DNA from: Botryllus schlosseri
Taxonomy: Eukaryota
Assembly: GCA_051294905.1 (NCBI GenBank)
Contig: CM119379.1
Span: 9,238,001 to 9,302,000 of the forward strand
Direction of reading: 5' to 3'
DNA: 64,000 bases
Shown: positions 11,293 to 24,569 of the stretch, in pieces
Position numbering within the stretch: the first letter of the stretch is position 1
Layout of the letters: each line of letters opens with the position of its first letter
Notes under the pieces: model-generated
What the model was told of the DNA's origin: nothing
Database searches by the model: none
Seen by the model: the letters and a program-made list of their open reading frames with translations, nothing else
Made by a program: the position numbers and the translations under genes

Positions 11293-13199
11293 ACAGTGTC
11301 CGTATAGGAGCCTGGAAAATCAGAAATGATTATTAATATAGTTTAGCTCATTATAAATATCAGTTACCAGTAAAAATTAGCAATGCAGAAACAAAAAATT
11401 CCACAGTTTAAATTTTGCCTGCTATCTCATGCTTGGATCAGACCTGTTTTCTTTTAGGAATACAGTATTCCTATTATATCGAATAAAGAGTTGGGAAAAT
11501 GTCTGAAAAATTCATTACAATGAGTAATTGATAGGCCTACCACAGCTGATTTAAATCGGACACCAATATGAACAATATCCACTCCTTAGTTGAACCGAAT
11601 ACCTATTTCGTGGTATCTATATTGAACTGAAAAAAGACACTTGAAATACTAATCAATCTTGTTTTAGTTTGCACGGTATTTCTTACTGATACTAATACTG
11701 GGTTGGTCATGTCCAGGCCGTGTAATTTTTGGCATTTCGAAAACCAAATGCCAAAACTGCAAAAAAAAATTGCAAAATGCTAAACAATAAGCTATTTTTG
11801 GCAGACACCAAAACATAGATCCCGCGGTCTACCGTCCAAGGGATCTATGTTATGACAATGAAAAACTTAGCGTCAAGGCAAAATAGTCGAGTACTGAAAT
11901 CTGGATTTAAAAGGCGGGCCCTGCATGCCAAAAAATATTCAAACTCTGTCACATGCTTTTATCAAGATGTAAACGCCAGAAAAAAACATCACTCTACGGC
12001 CAGACATGCCTGGAACACGATACTTATTCATACCGAAGTCTCGAAATTTGCCACCGTAAAGACTATTGAAAAAATGGTCGAAATTTCAATTTAGGATTAA
12101 CGGCCTCTACCGGCCGGAATTGATCCAAATTTGGTGTGTATAGCGTTTTTTCAGGCAACTTGAGAATTTTATCACCAAGCAAGTTGAATTTGAAGAAAAA
12201 AGTTATTTTTGAACTATTGAACAACCCTATTGACATTGTACAGTTGTACATCTGGAATACAGCACGTCCGAACCCCATATATGAACAATTAACAATTGTA
12301 TATGTACAAGTGTTTTACTGAATAGGAAGACAAACGGACATCTGTAAATGTCGAAAGTTGGTCTGGACCAGTCGCCCGATTACTGTACTGTACGAAAAGC
12401 CCGTCGCTCGAACCAAACAGACTTACCACAATTTCTCTCTGCTCAGTGCTCATTCAAGGATTGCAGTATTGCACTCGTTGCAGCATTGCTCTGTTCATTT
12501 GCAGTCCTGATCAGGCATGAACCAACACTGGTGAAGCGTGAAATAATCACATTTAATATTATGAAATTTCATAACCCGTTTTTATTTTTATGGTGTATAT
12601 TAAAGATTGATTGGCTATGAAGAAGTATTACCATATTTTGAGATCCTGAAAGATGGACACTTTTTACAAATTACAAAAGTCAGATTACCGGACCACCAAT
12701 GTGCCAAAGTAGTTTAACGGGATATCATGTTGTGTTGACTAAAAAAGTCATTTGCCAGTCCTATTCCGGAAAGATTCGCCCGAACATCCGCATTGCAGAT
12801 TTTGCGTCATTTTTGTTCTGCATGTCCATTAGCCTGACTGCCACAGCCATAATGTAGGACGTATTCCCAAAAAGGATAACATTCGGCGTCCTCGGAGAAA
12901 TTTTCGATTTCCTGAAAGAGGTGGACGAGCCCTCCTGAAGGGGGGCATTGGAACTAGCCTACTTATCAACGATAGTTAAAACAATCAACAGTGAATGTCA
13001 TTGATGATAAAAGTCGATTGTCGATACTCATATTTCACCAGATATCAACTATCGGGAATCATGTTGAAATCAGTGTTTGATTGACAGACACTTTAATTAT
13101 CGAAAATAAACATTCGATACTTTCATATATATGTCATCCACATATTACGCGTGTCATATTTTATTTTATTATCATTCATACGTCATATTTGGGTTATAA

Positions 13200-13862
13200 T
13201 AGTGCATGACTCGAACCGAGTCATATGACTCGAAACTAGGACGGCCAAGGCAGACATTTCGTTGCAATTTCGAAGAATAGTACAGTAGGGTAACCATCTT
13301 TTGGAATCGGGAACGGAGGACACTTTTTCAAAATCTTCAGACTTGGAATACTGGAGTAAAATCCGGAAAAAATGGTAAATTTCCCACGACATTGTGGTTG
13401 TTTGACTAAAAAAAAACACGAATTTCCTATTTAGCGTCATTTATGCCCATTTTCACTCAAATCTATATATCCACTATCTCTTTTTACTAGTCATAACCCT
13501 AATGGTAACCCTAAGTAAAGTCACCAAATCATTGGTCCTGACCCTATCAGTCCTGATACTTGGAAAATAGGGCCAGAAACTGTTGAGGCTTAGGAAAATT
13601 ACGATATTATGAATGCGAGCCATCTACATCACTCGAGCAGAGTTGAAAAGAATGGATTGAACAGGATTGAACTCAAAACATAACAGCGAACAAAATGACT
13701 TGGACTAGGACTCGAGTCACAGCACTGTGACTCGGACTCAACCCTCTACGCACTGCCTTGGACTCGGACTTGACTCGGTGGTGAATTGGAAATGACTCAT
13801 CGACCTAACTATAAAAGTGAGATTGACTCGTGACTGGGAATCTTGTGACTTGGTTACAACCT
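13200..13862. mobile_element. GACTC/GAGTC-rich MITE family copy
   Basis: Long similarity to 38216-38673 and to the reverse complement of 9646-9790. Terminus TGACTTGGTTACAACC(C/T)TG. TSD not confirmed. Confidence 0.6.
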
Positions 13863-13892
13863 TGGATTAGTAGAAACACAGTTCTAGATATC

Positions 13893-14083
13893 CATCATCA
13901 TCAGCATCATCATCATCATCATCATCATCATTGGTTTATTAGCAATTTTTATCAGTTCAATGACACCACAAACATACGATACAATGGAAAGATAGGAAGG
14001 TGTCGAAGCAACTTGGAGTGCTAAAAAAGTAAAAGAAGAGAGTATAGAAAAAAGCAAGCGACAAAAAATGAGGTGGCATGTCC
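13893..14083 (-). repeat. 3' end of an (ATG)n-tailed retroposon (L2/CR1-like or SINE)
   Basis: ...GAACTGATAAAAATTGCTAATAAACCA(ATG)n. The same sequence recurs at about 15920-15995 (-), 22200-22254 (+) and 30565-31100 (+). Confidence 0.65.
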
Positions 14084-15136
14084 CTGAGTTCTTATTGCAA
14101 ATTAACATTCGACAAAATCTGACAAATCTCGAAATACATATATGCCGACTATGCATGTTTGCAAGATGTTTCCATGTTTGCAACGGTTTATTATGATTCA
14201 TGTAGAATCAATTGTAGCCTACGTACTTTTAGATCGCTAATTCGGATTATTTTCCACAAAATGTTTTAAACTAGGTTCATATTCTATCTCGCAGCGACCA
14301 TAACGTGTCAAATTCGAAGAAAGAGGCACTATACCATTTTTTCGAGTGAAAGCCCTTTGTAGCCTATTGAAGATGCTTTGAAGCTTTTTGGTCAAAATGA
14401 TTAACTAAATATATTCATATTTGAGAGCTACAAAATTAAATCCTCAGAATATTTCTTCATCGTATCATATAAAGGATGATACTGTTTAGTGCTGTGACCC
14501 ACAACCTCACATGAAGGTTACATAATATGGATTGCTTTGTTTGGAATATATTCATGTTCCAGTTAATAACTGGGGCCTGGGGGCAGTACTATTCAATGTG
14601 AGAAAAAGTCTCTATCAGTATCTCAGTTTATTTACTACAGTCAGAGAAAGCAAGAAATCAAAACCCAATACGCCCATACTTTGCCAGTCACAGAGGTGAA
14701 TTCGGGATGTGAAGGCTACACCGGGCTACACCGGACTACACCGGGCTCCAACCAGATGCTATATGAGCCTCTACTCAATGGTTTTATATTAACAATCTTG
14801 ATTTCATCCCGAATATAGCACGTACAATTATGAGCATTAAAGTCGAGTGAAGCCCCAACCCGAAAAGACCGACCGGACTTTCGAACTGTTACTCCTATTG
14901 TTTACTACCGTCCTTAAAATATGGGGGAGGGGTCGCCAGACCCAGGCCATTTTCGAAAAGGGCGCTCCAGGAAAAAAGGTCAAGAACCACTGATGTACAT
15001 CAATAAACTCCAATTTTATGTATAGGCCTACATATCTACCTATAAATAATCAAATAAAATTGTATTAATTTTATCAGTTTTTATATCAACCACCTATTAT
15101 AAATTCAAAATAATCAGTTGCAATAATGTTAATAAT

Positions 15137-15790
15137 TTATCTTAAGACAAAATTGTTTCTTGTATGATTTTCGCTTATAAGCAATTTAGTGTAGTCGTTC
15201 GGAAGGTTCCAGCAATAGTCTGACTTAGGCCTTAATATGTTCATCTTGTCGGCCCTGATATCTTTCTGCTTTTGTTGTTTTGATGTCTTGGTGGAACCTC
15301 TCCTCTTACTCTTCACTTTATTCATCAAGATGATCAGGAAATATCAAGATGACTGAACAGCAGGTGAACGTTAATGCTCATGTTTCCTACAAGTTTTCCA
15401 TATGCATAGATACCAATTTTCAGACCGACTGTTTGTAGTTGGTTGCTTTGTGATCTTTCACAACGTTTTTATCCTACATCTACACCCTTGGTGGAATTCC
15501 ATGCCCTGGACTCTTTTCCTAGTATGGAATTAGAATCTTTTTCATTATAGTATTCCAATATCTGGGCTCCATCAAAAATACCAGCTTTACGCTTCTCGTT
15601 TGATAGGGATACTGTAAGTATGTCCAGATTGTCCACTTTGATGGCTCAGCAGGGATTTGTTCATTTACAAGTCAAAAGAGATATGGGACACATATATGAG
15701 TATTGTATAGTATAAGCTTTTCAAATTTGGTAGCGTTATAATCCTCTTTCATCTTGGAAGAATGACCAACTGGTACAGTAAAAATACATT
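15137..15790 (-). pseudogene. Decayed DNA-transposon transposase
   Basis: Frameshifted and stop-ridden pieces read VPVGHSSKMKEDY, KAGIFDGAQI, LFSHLD and DYCWNL. These match, in the correct order, motifs I recall from a widespread invertebrate transposase family (VPVGHS..LKE.Y / KAGIFDGPQIR / SHLD..ERFHQD / ADYCW). Superfamily not assigned. Confidence 0.6.
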
Positions 15791-16534
15791 TCCGTTGTGC
15801 AAAAGTGAAATGTTTAGGCTTGACAAAAAAGATCTCGAATCAGGTCATGTTCATTGTTCATATTGATGGAATAACTGAGGACGACATAAGGGTTATTTAT
15901 GCAGTCAATTATCTTTCGGTTCGGTTTATTAGCAATGTTTATCAGTTCCATACACTACAAAAATTGTGATACAATGAAAAGATAGGAAGGTGAGGAAACG
16001 ACATTGCGTGGTCTTTGAATTCAGATACGCCACATTTATATGCACACTTTGCGCAGTATAAAGGTATAACCGCTACTGATGGTAACTTCCTACCAAGTGA
16101 AATATTAAGGGGATAAATGAAGTAATTTGGACATTTTTAAGGGTATACGTATTTCCTAAACTAGAGTCAATCTGGTAGAACTGATGTGATACTCGTAATC
16201 AGCAACCTTGAAACCCCCGAAAAGACTCCTAGATGTTCTGCCAAAGATTTGTTTCGTTTTGTTTTGACCAGTGTTGTCTACATATATCGGACAGCATATA
16301 TTGACTACACGCACAAGTGGTTGGTCGTTTATCCCTTGTGTTTTGATCTTCAACTACGTGAGTTGATACGAATTCAGAGCAGCGTGTGCTTCTGTTTTAT
16401 ACTTCATATTCGCGTCGCAGACAAAGCAATTATTAAAAGACACCTATTTGATGAGTCATGGATACGTCACGTATATCGCAGACAAACGAGAGCAGTCGTT
16501 GGACAATCTTGTTTGCGCACTTTCTTGCTAAAAT

Positions 16535-19500
16535 ATGGCGCTGCGCTGCTGCAGAAATTGGCATGGACTTGCCCGATCGTTTAGCACATCTGCTAAGAGT
16601 TGGCTTCGTTTAGTGCAGTATGAGCAATCCGGGAAAAGAAGGTAAGTTCCATGCATATATGTGGCAATCAATGCTATAAATTATAGCGAACGGTCTAGAC
16701 TAGTGAATAGAAGAATTAATGAGAGAGAGAGTCTCCCATACAACTTTATCATATTGTCCAATATTCGACCTCCTGTGTTTTAATTCTGATTTCTTTCACC
16801 GCATGTAAAGGCTTGGGGTTGAAACTCGTGCAAATGGCGCGATTATCAACCTTCCTGAAGATTCCGGATTTCCCGACAACTCCGTCTCATTTTTCGGCGG
16901 TGGATCAGAGATGATTCGAAAGGCAACGAAGTATGCTTGTGAATATTTCCGATATAGTGCGCTAGTCAGCAGTCAGACAGTTCATGACATGACCATTCAA
17001 CTATGCTCGCAGGTACATGCAGGGCGGCGTCGCTGAAATTCCGAGAAGTGAAGTTAAATTGCTAGCGCCTATAACTGAACCGCGCAAGGTAAGTTCTAGC
17101 AGCATACATTTGAGTTCTAGTAATAGGATTATCTAATTATAACGTTAAAAATTTCAGCGTAGAAAACTGAAGGTTTGAGATTCGGTAAAATTAAAATTTC
17201 ATCGAGCGTGTGTATTTCGTCTGCGTATGTCTATGACCAGTCAACCGCGAAATTCTTCACATCCCACATGCCTCGCTCGTTACCAGAGATAAGCTTGGAT
17301 TAGGATGTGAAAAAAAACGAATTTGTGAAATTTTGTTGGATTTGGATTGGATTAGGATTAGAGATTTTCTTTCTCAACGGATTAGGATTTGCATTGGATT
17401 CACCGATTTTCTAGGAGATTGATGTGTTGTGTGGGAAATGGCGACAACCTTTATTCAGATCAGTAAATAATGTATGGCCTCGGCCTGGTACACTACACTA
17501 TGGTACACTCGATGCCAATGAAGACGAGAGGTGCATCCCTATGCTAAGTTATCTTAAATAAAGAGAATTGTTGCTTGTGAAAGAAAAATTTTCAATTCCT
17601 TCCTTGCATAAATAAGCGTTTTTTCTGAATTTCAAGTTAGAATCGGATTAGGATTGGACACGGATTTAAACATACAAAAGTTATGGATTAGGATTTGGAT
17701 TAAGATCTGAAGCTTCGGATTTGGATTGGATTAGGACATAGAAATCCCCAATCCACTCATCTCTGCTCGCTACTTCCATCGCACCAAATTAACAAATGGA
17801 GCTCCCACTCAACAGAAATGTAGACACACGATAGTTCAATTCTACACTCTTTCAGAGGCTGGTAACGCTTATTGGCATAGTCGTTTCATTCGCGGTGTTT
17901 CAATTTTGCAGATTATCTGTGTTGGGATGAATTACCGAGATCATTGCAAAGAGACAAATACGCCAATACCAAAAGAGCCGTTAATTTTTAACAAGTTCCC
18001 AACAACGATCATTGGTACGGTATGGCATCTTATGTCAGAAATCTTCCTCGGTGTCTGTGGTTCCCAACCTTTATCGACTCATCGCCCCTTGTCAAGCTCG
18101 ACACAAACGTTCTCCCCCCATAGTTACGGATCTGTAAAAGAGGACATATAAGCGGGACATTCATTCACCTAACTCTGATCGCTGGTGAATTGACGGAAAA
18201 GTATACCATTTTTCCGAGTATGTGCCCGAAAACCGTTTTCTCCGTCTACTTTCCGTAGCATTTGAGTCATATGCAGAATAAGCCGTCGTCTCGTGCATTT
18301 TGGCCGTGTTAATTTTCGCCCCCTGTTTCTCAAAATCGCCCACTGGGGGGCCATATCGTCCACGGTGGAAACCACGGCTTTATCTTAAATGGGTACTGCG
18401 CTCCATCATATGGTCTCAATTTAAAGATACTGGCGTAAAAAACACTAGAGAGGACTTTACCTATGACTGTTGCGATGCCGAATTCGTACCCGTTTATCAG
18501 TCATTTTACTTCACCCATCGAAAATTGTTCGCCGCTTAAAATTTCATAGGACTACCACGTCCCTGTTACATTCCATTTATGGTATATCTAAATCAGGGAT
18601 ATCTAGAAGTTATAGTTTATCTAGGAGTTTCAAGATATCCCTGATCTAAATTACAGGCGATAAAGAAAACATAATTCTTCCAAAGTTATCGGATACTGTG
18701 GACTGGGAAGTTGAACTCGCAATCGTGATCGGCAGCACGGGGAAGGACATACCAGTGAGATAATTTGAATGAGTCTGAATTCGGCCTATAGCTTCACAGG
18801 TTGTGACTGATTGTATAAGCCTTTTTCATTCAGGATACGACATGCCAATGTTTTTTCTTGACAATATGCGACTTCGATTTCCCCCAATCTCTTACCGACC
18901 GTATGTTACGTAGCCTACCTGTCAACGGTTAGTCGTTGAGTACACGATATTTTTGTTGCTCAAATTTCGGACACTCTTTACCGCCCACTAGCGAATTTCA
19001 AAATGAGGTATGAGCACATTGTCTGTCAATATGACGTCACATTAGCAAAGCTTTCCCTATCGACCAGAGGTGGTCACGATCTGTTTCAGGGGTATACGGT
19101 TGTGTGTTGTAACCACATATTTTCAGCTCCCTCCCGACCAAAAAATTGGCGATTTTGGGCCCACCATAGGGTAATCGATGCAACTTCTGGAGGGATATTG
19201 CTATATTATTGCTATATTGCTATGCATCTGATTTCTTTCTATATGCATCTGGTCGTTAAATTTTTTGAATGAATTCTGTCAATAATATTGGCTCTTTCAT
19301 ATATTACTGTAGTGTTAATCCTCTCTCCGCCCACATGATCAGAGTTAGTGGTCGAGCTGAGCTATATAAGCACCACACATCCGGTGGTTTCCTACCTTTT
19401 ATGATCAGACTCCATTTCCAATTCGAACATGTTTCGTGGCCAAGCTCAAAATTTGATAAGCTGATTACTAAAAAAGGGTCAGGTCACCTTCGCCCAGACG

Positions 19501-21239
19501 TTACGTTCAATATCTTCGCGAACCTCAGAATAAAAGCAAAAGACCCACAGGTTTAAAACCACTATTTTCGAATAAAGCATTGAAACGGCCTTAACCGAAT
19601 TTAGGAATATACCGTGGTCCTATAATTGCGATTACAATTAGACTTTTAAGTATATGAAAGTTATTTTATTTAGTTTCGATTGCAGTTTTTTGCGAGGGCG
19701 GTAGTCCCCATATTAAAATTAATATATGTGATACTAAATCGCGTGCAGCGGAAAGAAAAATTTCATGTGGCATAAATCTGCCCATAAATAATATTGTTTA
19801 TGTTGATTTACGAAGAAATTATGAGCCTATATTTCAAGCCTTCAAAATTCCGGACATTTTGCATATTTTAGAATTTCCTCCACGACGCAGTTTGAACAGT
19901 GAAATTCCAGACATGTCCGGGAAATTCCGGACGTATGGCAACCCCTGGTATAGAACCGTATCGAATTTTCAATTTTAGAAAAAGCCTTAACATGTTTCCA
20001 GATCGAAAATGCTGCAAATCATATTGGCGGATACACGGTAGCCTTGGATGTAAGTGCACGTGACTGGTTTGGCACCATGAATGGAGGCCAGTGGCTGCTA
20101 GGCAAATCATTTGACACCTTTTGCCCGTTGGGACCAGCGATTGCAACCAAAGAGGAAATACCAGGTATGTCGGTGTTGCATAGTCAGGACGGTGGTGCTC
20201 TTATGCTATAAGTCGCAAATTGTTGCAGATCCCAACAATCTAAAAATTTCCTGTCGAGTCAACGGTGATGTGATGCAGGAAAGCTGCACCGATCAACTGA
20301 TATTCCAGACAAACTACTGCGTCTCCTGGGCTTCGCAATTCTGCACTTTGGAGCCAGGAGACCTTATTCTCACTGGTACTCCACCAGGAGTAGGCGCCTG
20401 CAGAGAGCCCCCTATATTTCTGAAGGTACGACTAGTTTGTTAGCTCACACTAAATATGCTCCGTCAAAGTTTAAAAAAATCAATCCCAATTTCCTGCTTA
20501 AGTTTCTGCCCAGCCCACATCGCATGCATACACGAGGATAATATTTTTCTTGAGTTTTTTCCAAATCTATAACGGCGTGGACTTATTCACCAACCTTCGT
20601 CGATCTAAAGTTGATACCACTTTCGAGATTTGGTAAATGCGTGGATCTCGATCAACCGGTCGAACACAATAATCCCATCTTTTGGTTGATGAACCGTTCG
20701 TTGCATCAGGGATGTGGAGCATTTTGGAACGTGCGTTAGGCTAGCTATCAGACTGACTCCATCGCCTGGACGCTGCTACCTGACAAACTCAAATCAGAGC
20801 AATTCATCCTAATAAACTCGAGAAAGACATGATACATTATTTTATTCTTGTTTGTGTAAATCGTTTTGACATGATCATTGAATAACTCTCTGGTATGTCA
20901 ATAAAGCCTGTGCGCAATGTGGATCCCTTTCTGAATAAAACCAATGCTACAGTTACTCAAAATGAGCAGTAACAATGTATTTGACATTGGTTAGGTATTT
21001 AACTTATAGACTGCGTCATGTCGTCTCGACAACTACCTATCTGTTTCGATTTGCATTGTCTTTTGAGCCCATGTTGTTTCGACGATGACAACTTGAATGG
21101 ATTGTTGAATAACTTTCGTTCACTCCATCCAAACCAGGTTCTTCAAATTTGATGACATATATTTCGTTTTTGACAGCGCGGCGACGTGGTGACATGTGAA
21201 ATTGAGAGAATTGGACGAATCGAGAATGCAGTCATCTAG
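16535..21239 (+). CDS. FAHD2: Fumarylacetoacetate hydrolase domain-containing protein 2 (mitochondrial)
   Basis: Exons 16535-16641, 16811-16930, 17013-17088, 17912-18014, 18657-18754, 20002-20164, 20229-20425, 21177-21239 (927 nt, 308 aa). Motifs [66 protein letters not shown]. Arg-rich presequence [20 protein letters not shown]. Confidence 0.95.
17284..17765. mobile_element. hAT-type MITE with GGATT subterminal repeats
   Basis: Termini CAGAGAT...ATCTCTG. Flanks CTCGTTAC / CTCGCTAC (7/8). Many GGATT(A/T)G repeats. Confidence 0.75.
18594..18643. mobile_element. 50-bp variant of the palindromic micro-MITE
   Basis: CAGGGATATCTAGA...AGATATCCCTG with exact 8-bp TSD ATCTAAAT (18586-18593, 18644-18651). 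Confidence 0.8.
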
Positions 21240-21813
21240 TCAACAGTCGACATGCGATTGAATCGCATAAGTAGAGTGTTGATTCTAGTTTTGTAATATC
21301 ATTACGACAATTCTTATTACTGATCATAACTTTTCAATCTTTATGGTAGCACAGCTATCAATGGTTACACTATGTAACAGCATTTTTGTTTGGCTTCTCT
21401 TTTGATGCCACTTTATGTTTTATGGGTCGCTATTACGTTCGGAAATCGAATTATTTTTTCGTATCATCGATACTTTCAGGTCATCACATTAGGCTACATG
21501 TTTTTATGCAGAATTAGTAACGAAAATACCTCGTTTCAAAAGTGGTTATGTGAATTAATTTAGACAAACTAAGAATCAAATAATGAGTCAGGTAGGTCCC
21601 CTATAAATCCAGCTTTCATACGATATGTTGCTTCCCAATGTTTGCGTGAACGAAATAGCGAAATAGATATTTGAAATGAATGTTACGCATGACGGATTTT
21701 GAAAACTAATCTGTTCTAAACCTACTTTAGATGCATGACCCTATTTGATTGGGAAAACGATTTTCAATTCAGCTTCAAGAGTGCCTTTTATTCTACAATT
21801 AGACACAATAAAT

Positions 21814-22609
21814 CAATGATTCCCAAACGCGGCTCTCAGAGTCCCATGCGGCGTCAAGATGGCGTTCTTCCGGCTCTGATTGACCTCTAAATAAACCACA
21901 AAATATAATAGACGACAGTTGTTTGTTTCTATGAATAGTTTTAGTCAATTTCTGTATATGAATGCTAAAATGAGTGATATTAGGTATGTCAAAAGCCGTC
22001 CAAGGCCGCTTCTGAAAACCGGGAAAGAGAATTCTTACAGACTAGTTTCAAACGCATGGACGAATACCCGTCAGACAAGGATATATGTTGAGTTCTGCTG
22101 GTCCTAGACCTTAATATATCGTCTCTGTGAAGAGTAAATTTCGGCACAATTGTACTAACATCAATATAACGGCTCACAATCAAGTATAAATTGCAATGAA
22201 ATCCAATATAAAAATTGCTAATAAACCAATGATGATGATGATGATGATGATGATATATTACACAGCGTATAATCCCCCGCAATCCTGTCCAATAAGTGTT
22301 GGAATGTATGAAGAAAGAGCTATCACATAACGACCTAATAGTATGTTTTAGTAATGATATGCATTGTCAGTTTATTTCAATGTATATCACTCGCCAATCT
22401 GCGTCTATCATTAATGCTAAAGTAACCGATGTGCAATCGAAAGAAGTCCATGTGCAATGTGCGTGCTTTTGAAATAGCTGGATCGTGAGATCCAGAGGTA
22501 GGCTATAGCTACCTCTAAATTTTCGTTTAAAGTCGCCTACCAGAGTATTTTCATGTGGCTCTGAAGTTTGAAATGCGGCTCCGACATACAAAAAGGCTGG
22601 GAACCGCTG
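21814..22609. mobile_element. Non-autonomous hAT (Charlie-like) element
   Basis: Termini CAATGATTCCCAAAC ... GGCTGGGAACCGCTG. Flanks CAATAAAT / CTATAAAT (7/8). Contains an (ATG)n-tailed insertion. Confidence 0.6.
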
Positions 22610-23393
22610 CTATAAATGATTTTTAATAATGCTGTTTTATCATCGTTAATGTGGCAGGCAATGTCAAAGTAATTTAATTCCACGGTTCGGTGAGCACAAA
22701 ATAGTCACTTTTAAAAATGCGATAACTTTGCGATCAGGGTTTTAAATTCCACGAACTCACATATACATGATGAAGTTTAAAACTGAGTGCAGTATTATAG
22801 TCTCATTTCCTGGAATTACCGTACCATGAATTTTTGTCGACTCTCCATACTCCCTTTTCTCGCGGCAATACGGAGCAGTCCAGTCGGTACCGCAGTTGAA
22901 AGCCACTGATATATACTGCATATATCACTCTTTGTGAGCACTCGGAGAAAGTCTCGAGTATCCAATGGCGCACCTCGCACGTTTTGTCTCGACCGATATA
23001 GGGATATAGCTATCTTTCTGTTTCAAAATCCAAATCGACAGACAACAATCTATCATCTCCTTCGAAAAGTACGTCAGTAACGAAGTACTTCTATACATTT
23101 TCGGAGTAGGCCCTATTCTCAAGTAGGTTTTGCCTACCCGAACTAATCACTCAAGTGCTACGTTTTGCGACTACCTGCCACTACTATATACTTGAACAGT
23201 TTTTCGGCACTTGCTTTTTACAGTTTAGAGTTTGTACAGTATAAATATGATTTACGGATGTTTCCACCAGGTTTACGAGTGGAATTATTATAAATTAGAG
23301 GGAAATTGCCCCGCTGTATCACGGTAAATATTTTCAACAAGTAGCCTACACCAATTTTGGGTGGCCTTAGTCACTTGAGTTAGTTCTGAAGAA

Positions 23394-23490
23394 ATGCGGA
23401 AACTAGAAATCACCAAGTTTATTCATCACTTCCACTGCGGTCATTGCCCCGAATATTTCAATGAATTTTTACCTCGGAATCAAAAGCGCA
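23394..23490 (+). mobile_element. LINE (L2/CR1-like) ORF2 C-terminal remnant
   Basis: LEITKFIHHFHCGHCPEYFNEF resembles the post-RT region of CR1/L2 ORF2. Confidence 0.4.
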
Positions 23491-24569
23491 CTAGTAGGGT
23501 AGAGTGGGGCATCACGCCTACCCTAAGCGGGAAACGTTATAATATCCACCAAACTGGTCGAAACTGTTTGAATTTCGGGATTTGCGCGCGAGATACTGTC
23601 CTCACTCTGCCACGATCGTCTGGGAAGTCCTAGCATCAATAATCAAATGTAAAATTATCATTCATCTATGTCCATCAATTTGACGTTTTGCTACATAGGT
23701 CGAGAAAAACGCCTCCATTGGCTTTTTACCCGCGTTATACCCGACTAAATACCGCATGCAACCAGGGCCGTAACAGCACTTCGTCAGGCCCCCCCAAAAC
23801 TTTTGTCTTGGGCCCCCCATATGGTTATAGACCGAACTTCTGGGGGGCTTCGCGTCTGGCTAAGCGAGAGATTGGCATTGGGACGCAACAATGCTGTCTG
23901 GCGAAACGAGAGAGTTACTCTCTCATTACTCTCTCGTTTCACCAGACAGCATTGCTGCGTCTCAATGCCAATCTCCATAACAATGAAAAATTCGAGGCTG
24001 ATTGTGGGAGTTCCACGGCCACGAACGGAATAAAATTTATATTTTCGTAATCAGTGCAGAGTCAGCTTTCGATTGATACCCGTTTTACCAAATTTAATGC
24101 TCGGCAAGCCGGTAAAAAATGACCGTCAAATTGCCTGTAGCCAAATGGAAATTGTGACGTGAAACAATTTCACTGAGCCGTGAGATTTGCTTGTGTCGAC
24201 ACCATATAGGACACTATGGTTACACTATCTTGCTCGGTACCAGGTGGTTATTGTGTGAGTTCGCCTTGGGACTATGTGACTTACATCCAACTACGCGCGG
24301 GGAAATCATGAATAGGACCGGAAAACTCTCTGTGGCATCCGTTAGATATGACATTTTGCTTGGTTGTAAAAGGTAAGAATATGTGAAAAACTCATAAATT
24401 TTCATGAAACGTTACAAATCTTCATTCTGGCGTGGAAATCAATGTGACAGTTTCGTCTGACCCTTAGGCGATATTTGTGATACTGTGACGCATTCAACGC
24501 TTGCTTTGTTCTGTCATATTGATGGTGGGCGTCTTACCTCGCATGGGCGTTTTACCACACTCTACCCTT

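Noticed and set aside
13830-14201. Poly-His / poly-Met ORFs (also 21989-22282)
   Set aside because: These are translations of the (CAT)n/(ATG)n retroposon tail.
16186-16584. 132-aa ORF upstream of FAHD2
   Set aside because: It starts in repeat-like sequence, overlaps FAHD2 exon 1 out of frame, and has no recognisable homology.
22907-22909. Selenocysteine or readthrough TGA
   Set aside because: No recognisable selenoprotein context or SECIS element, and the gene itself is unproven.
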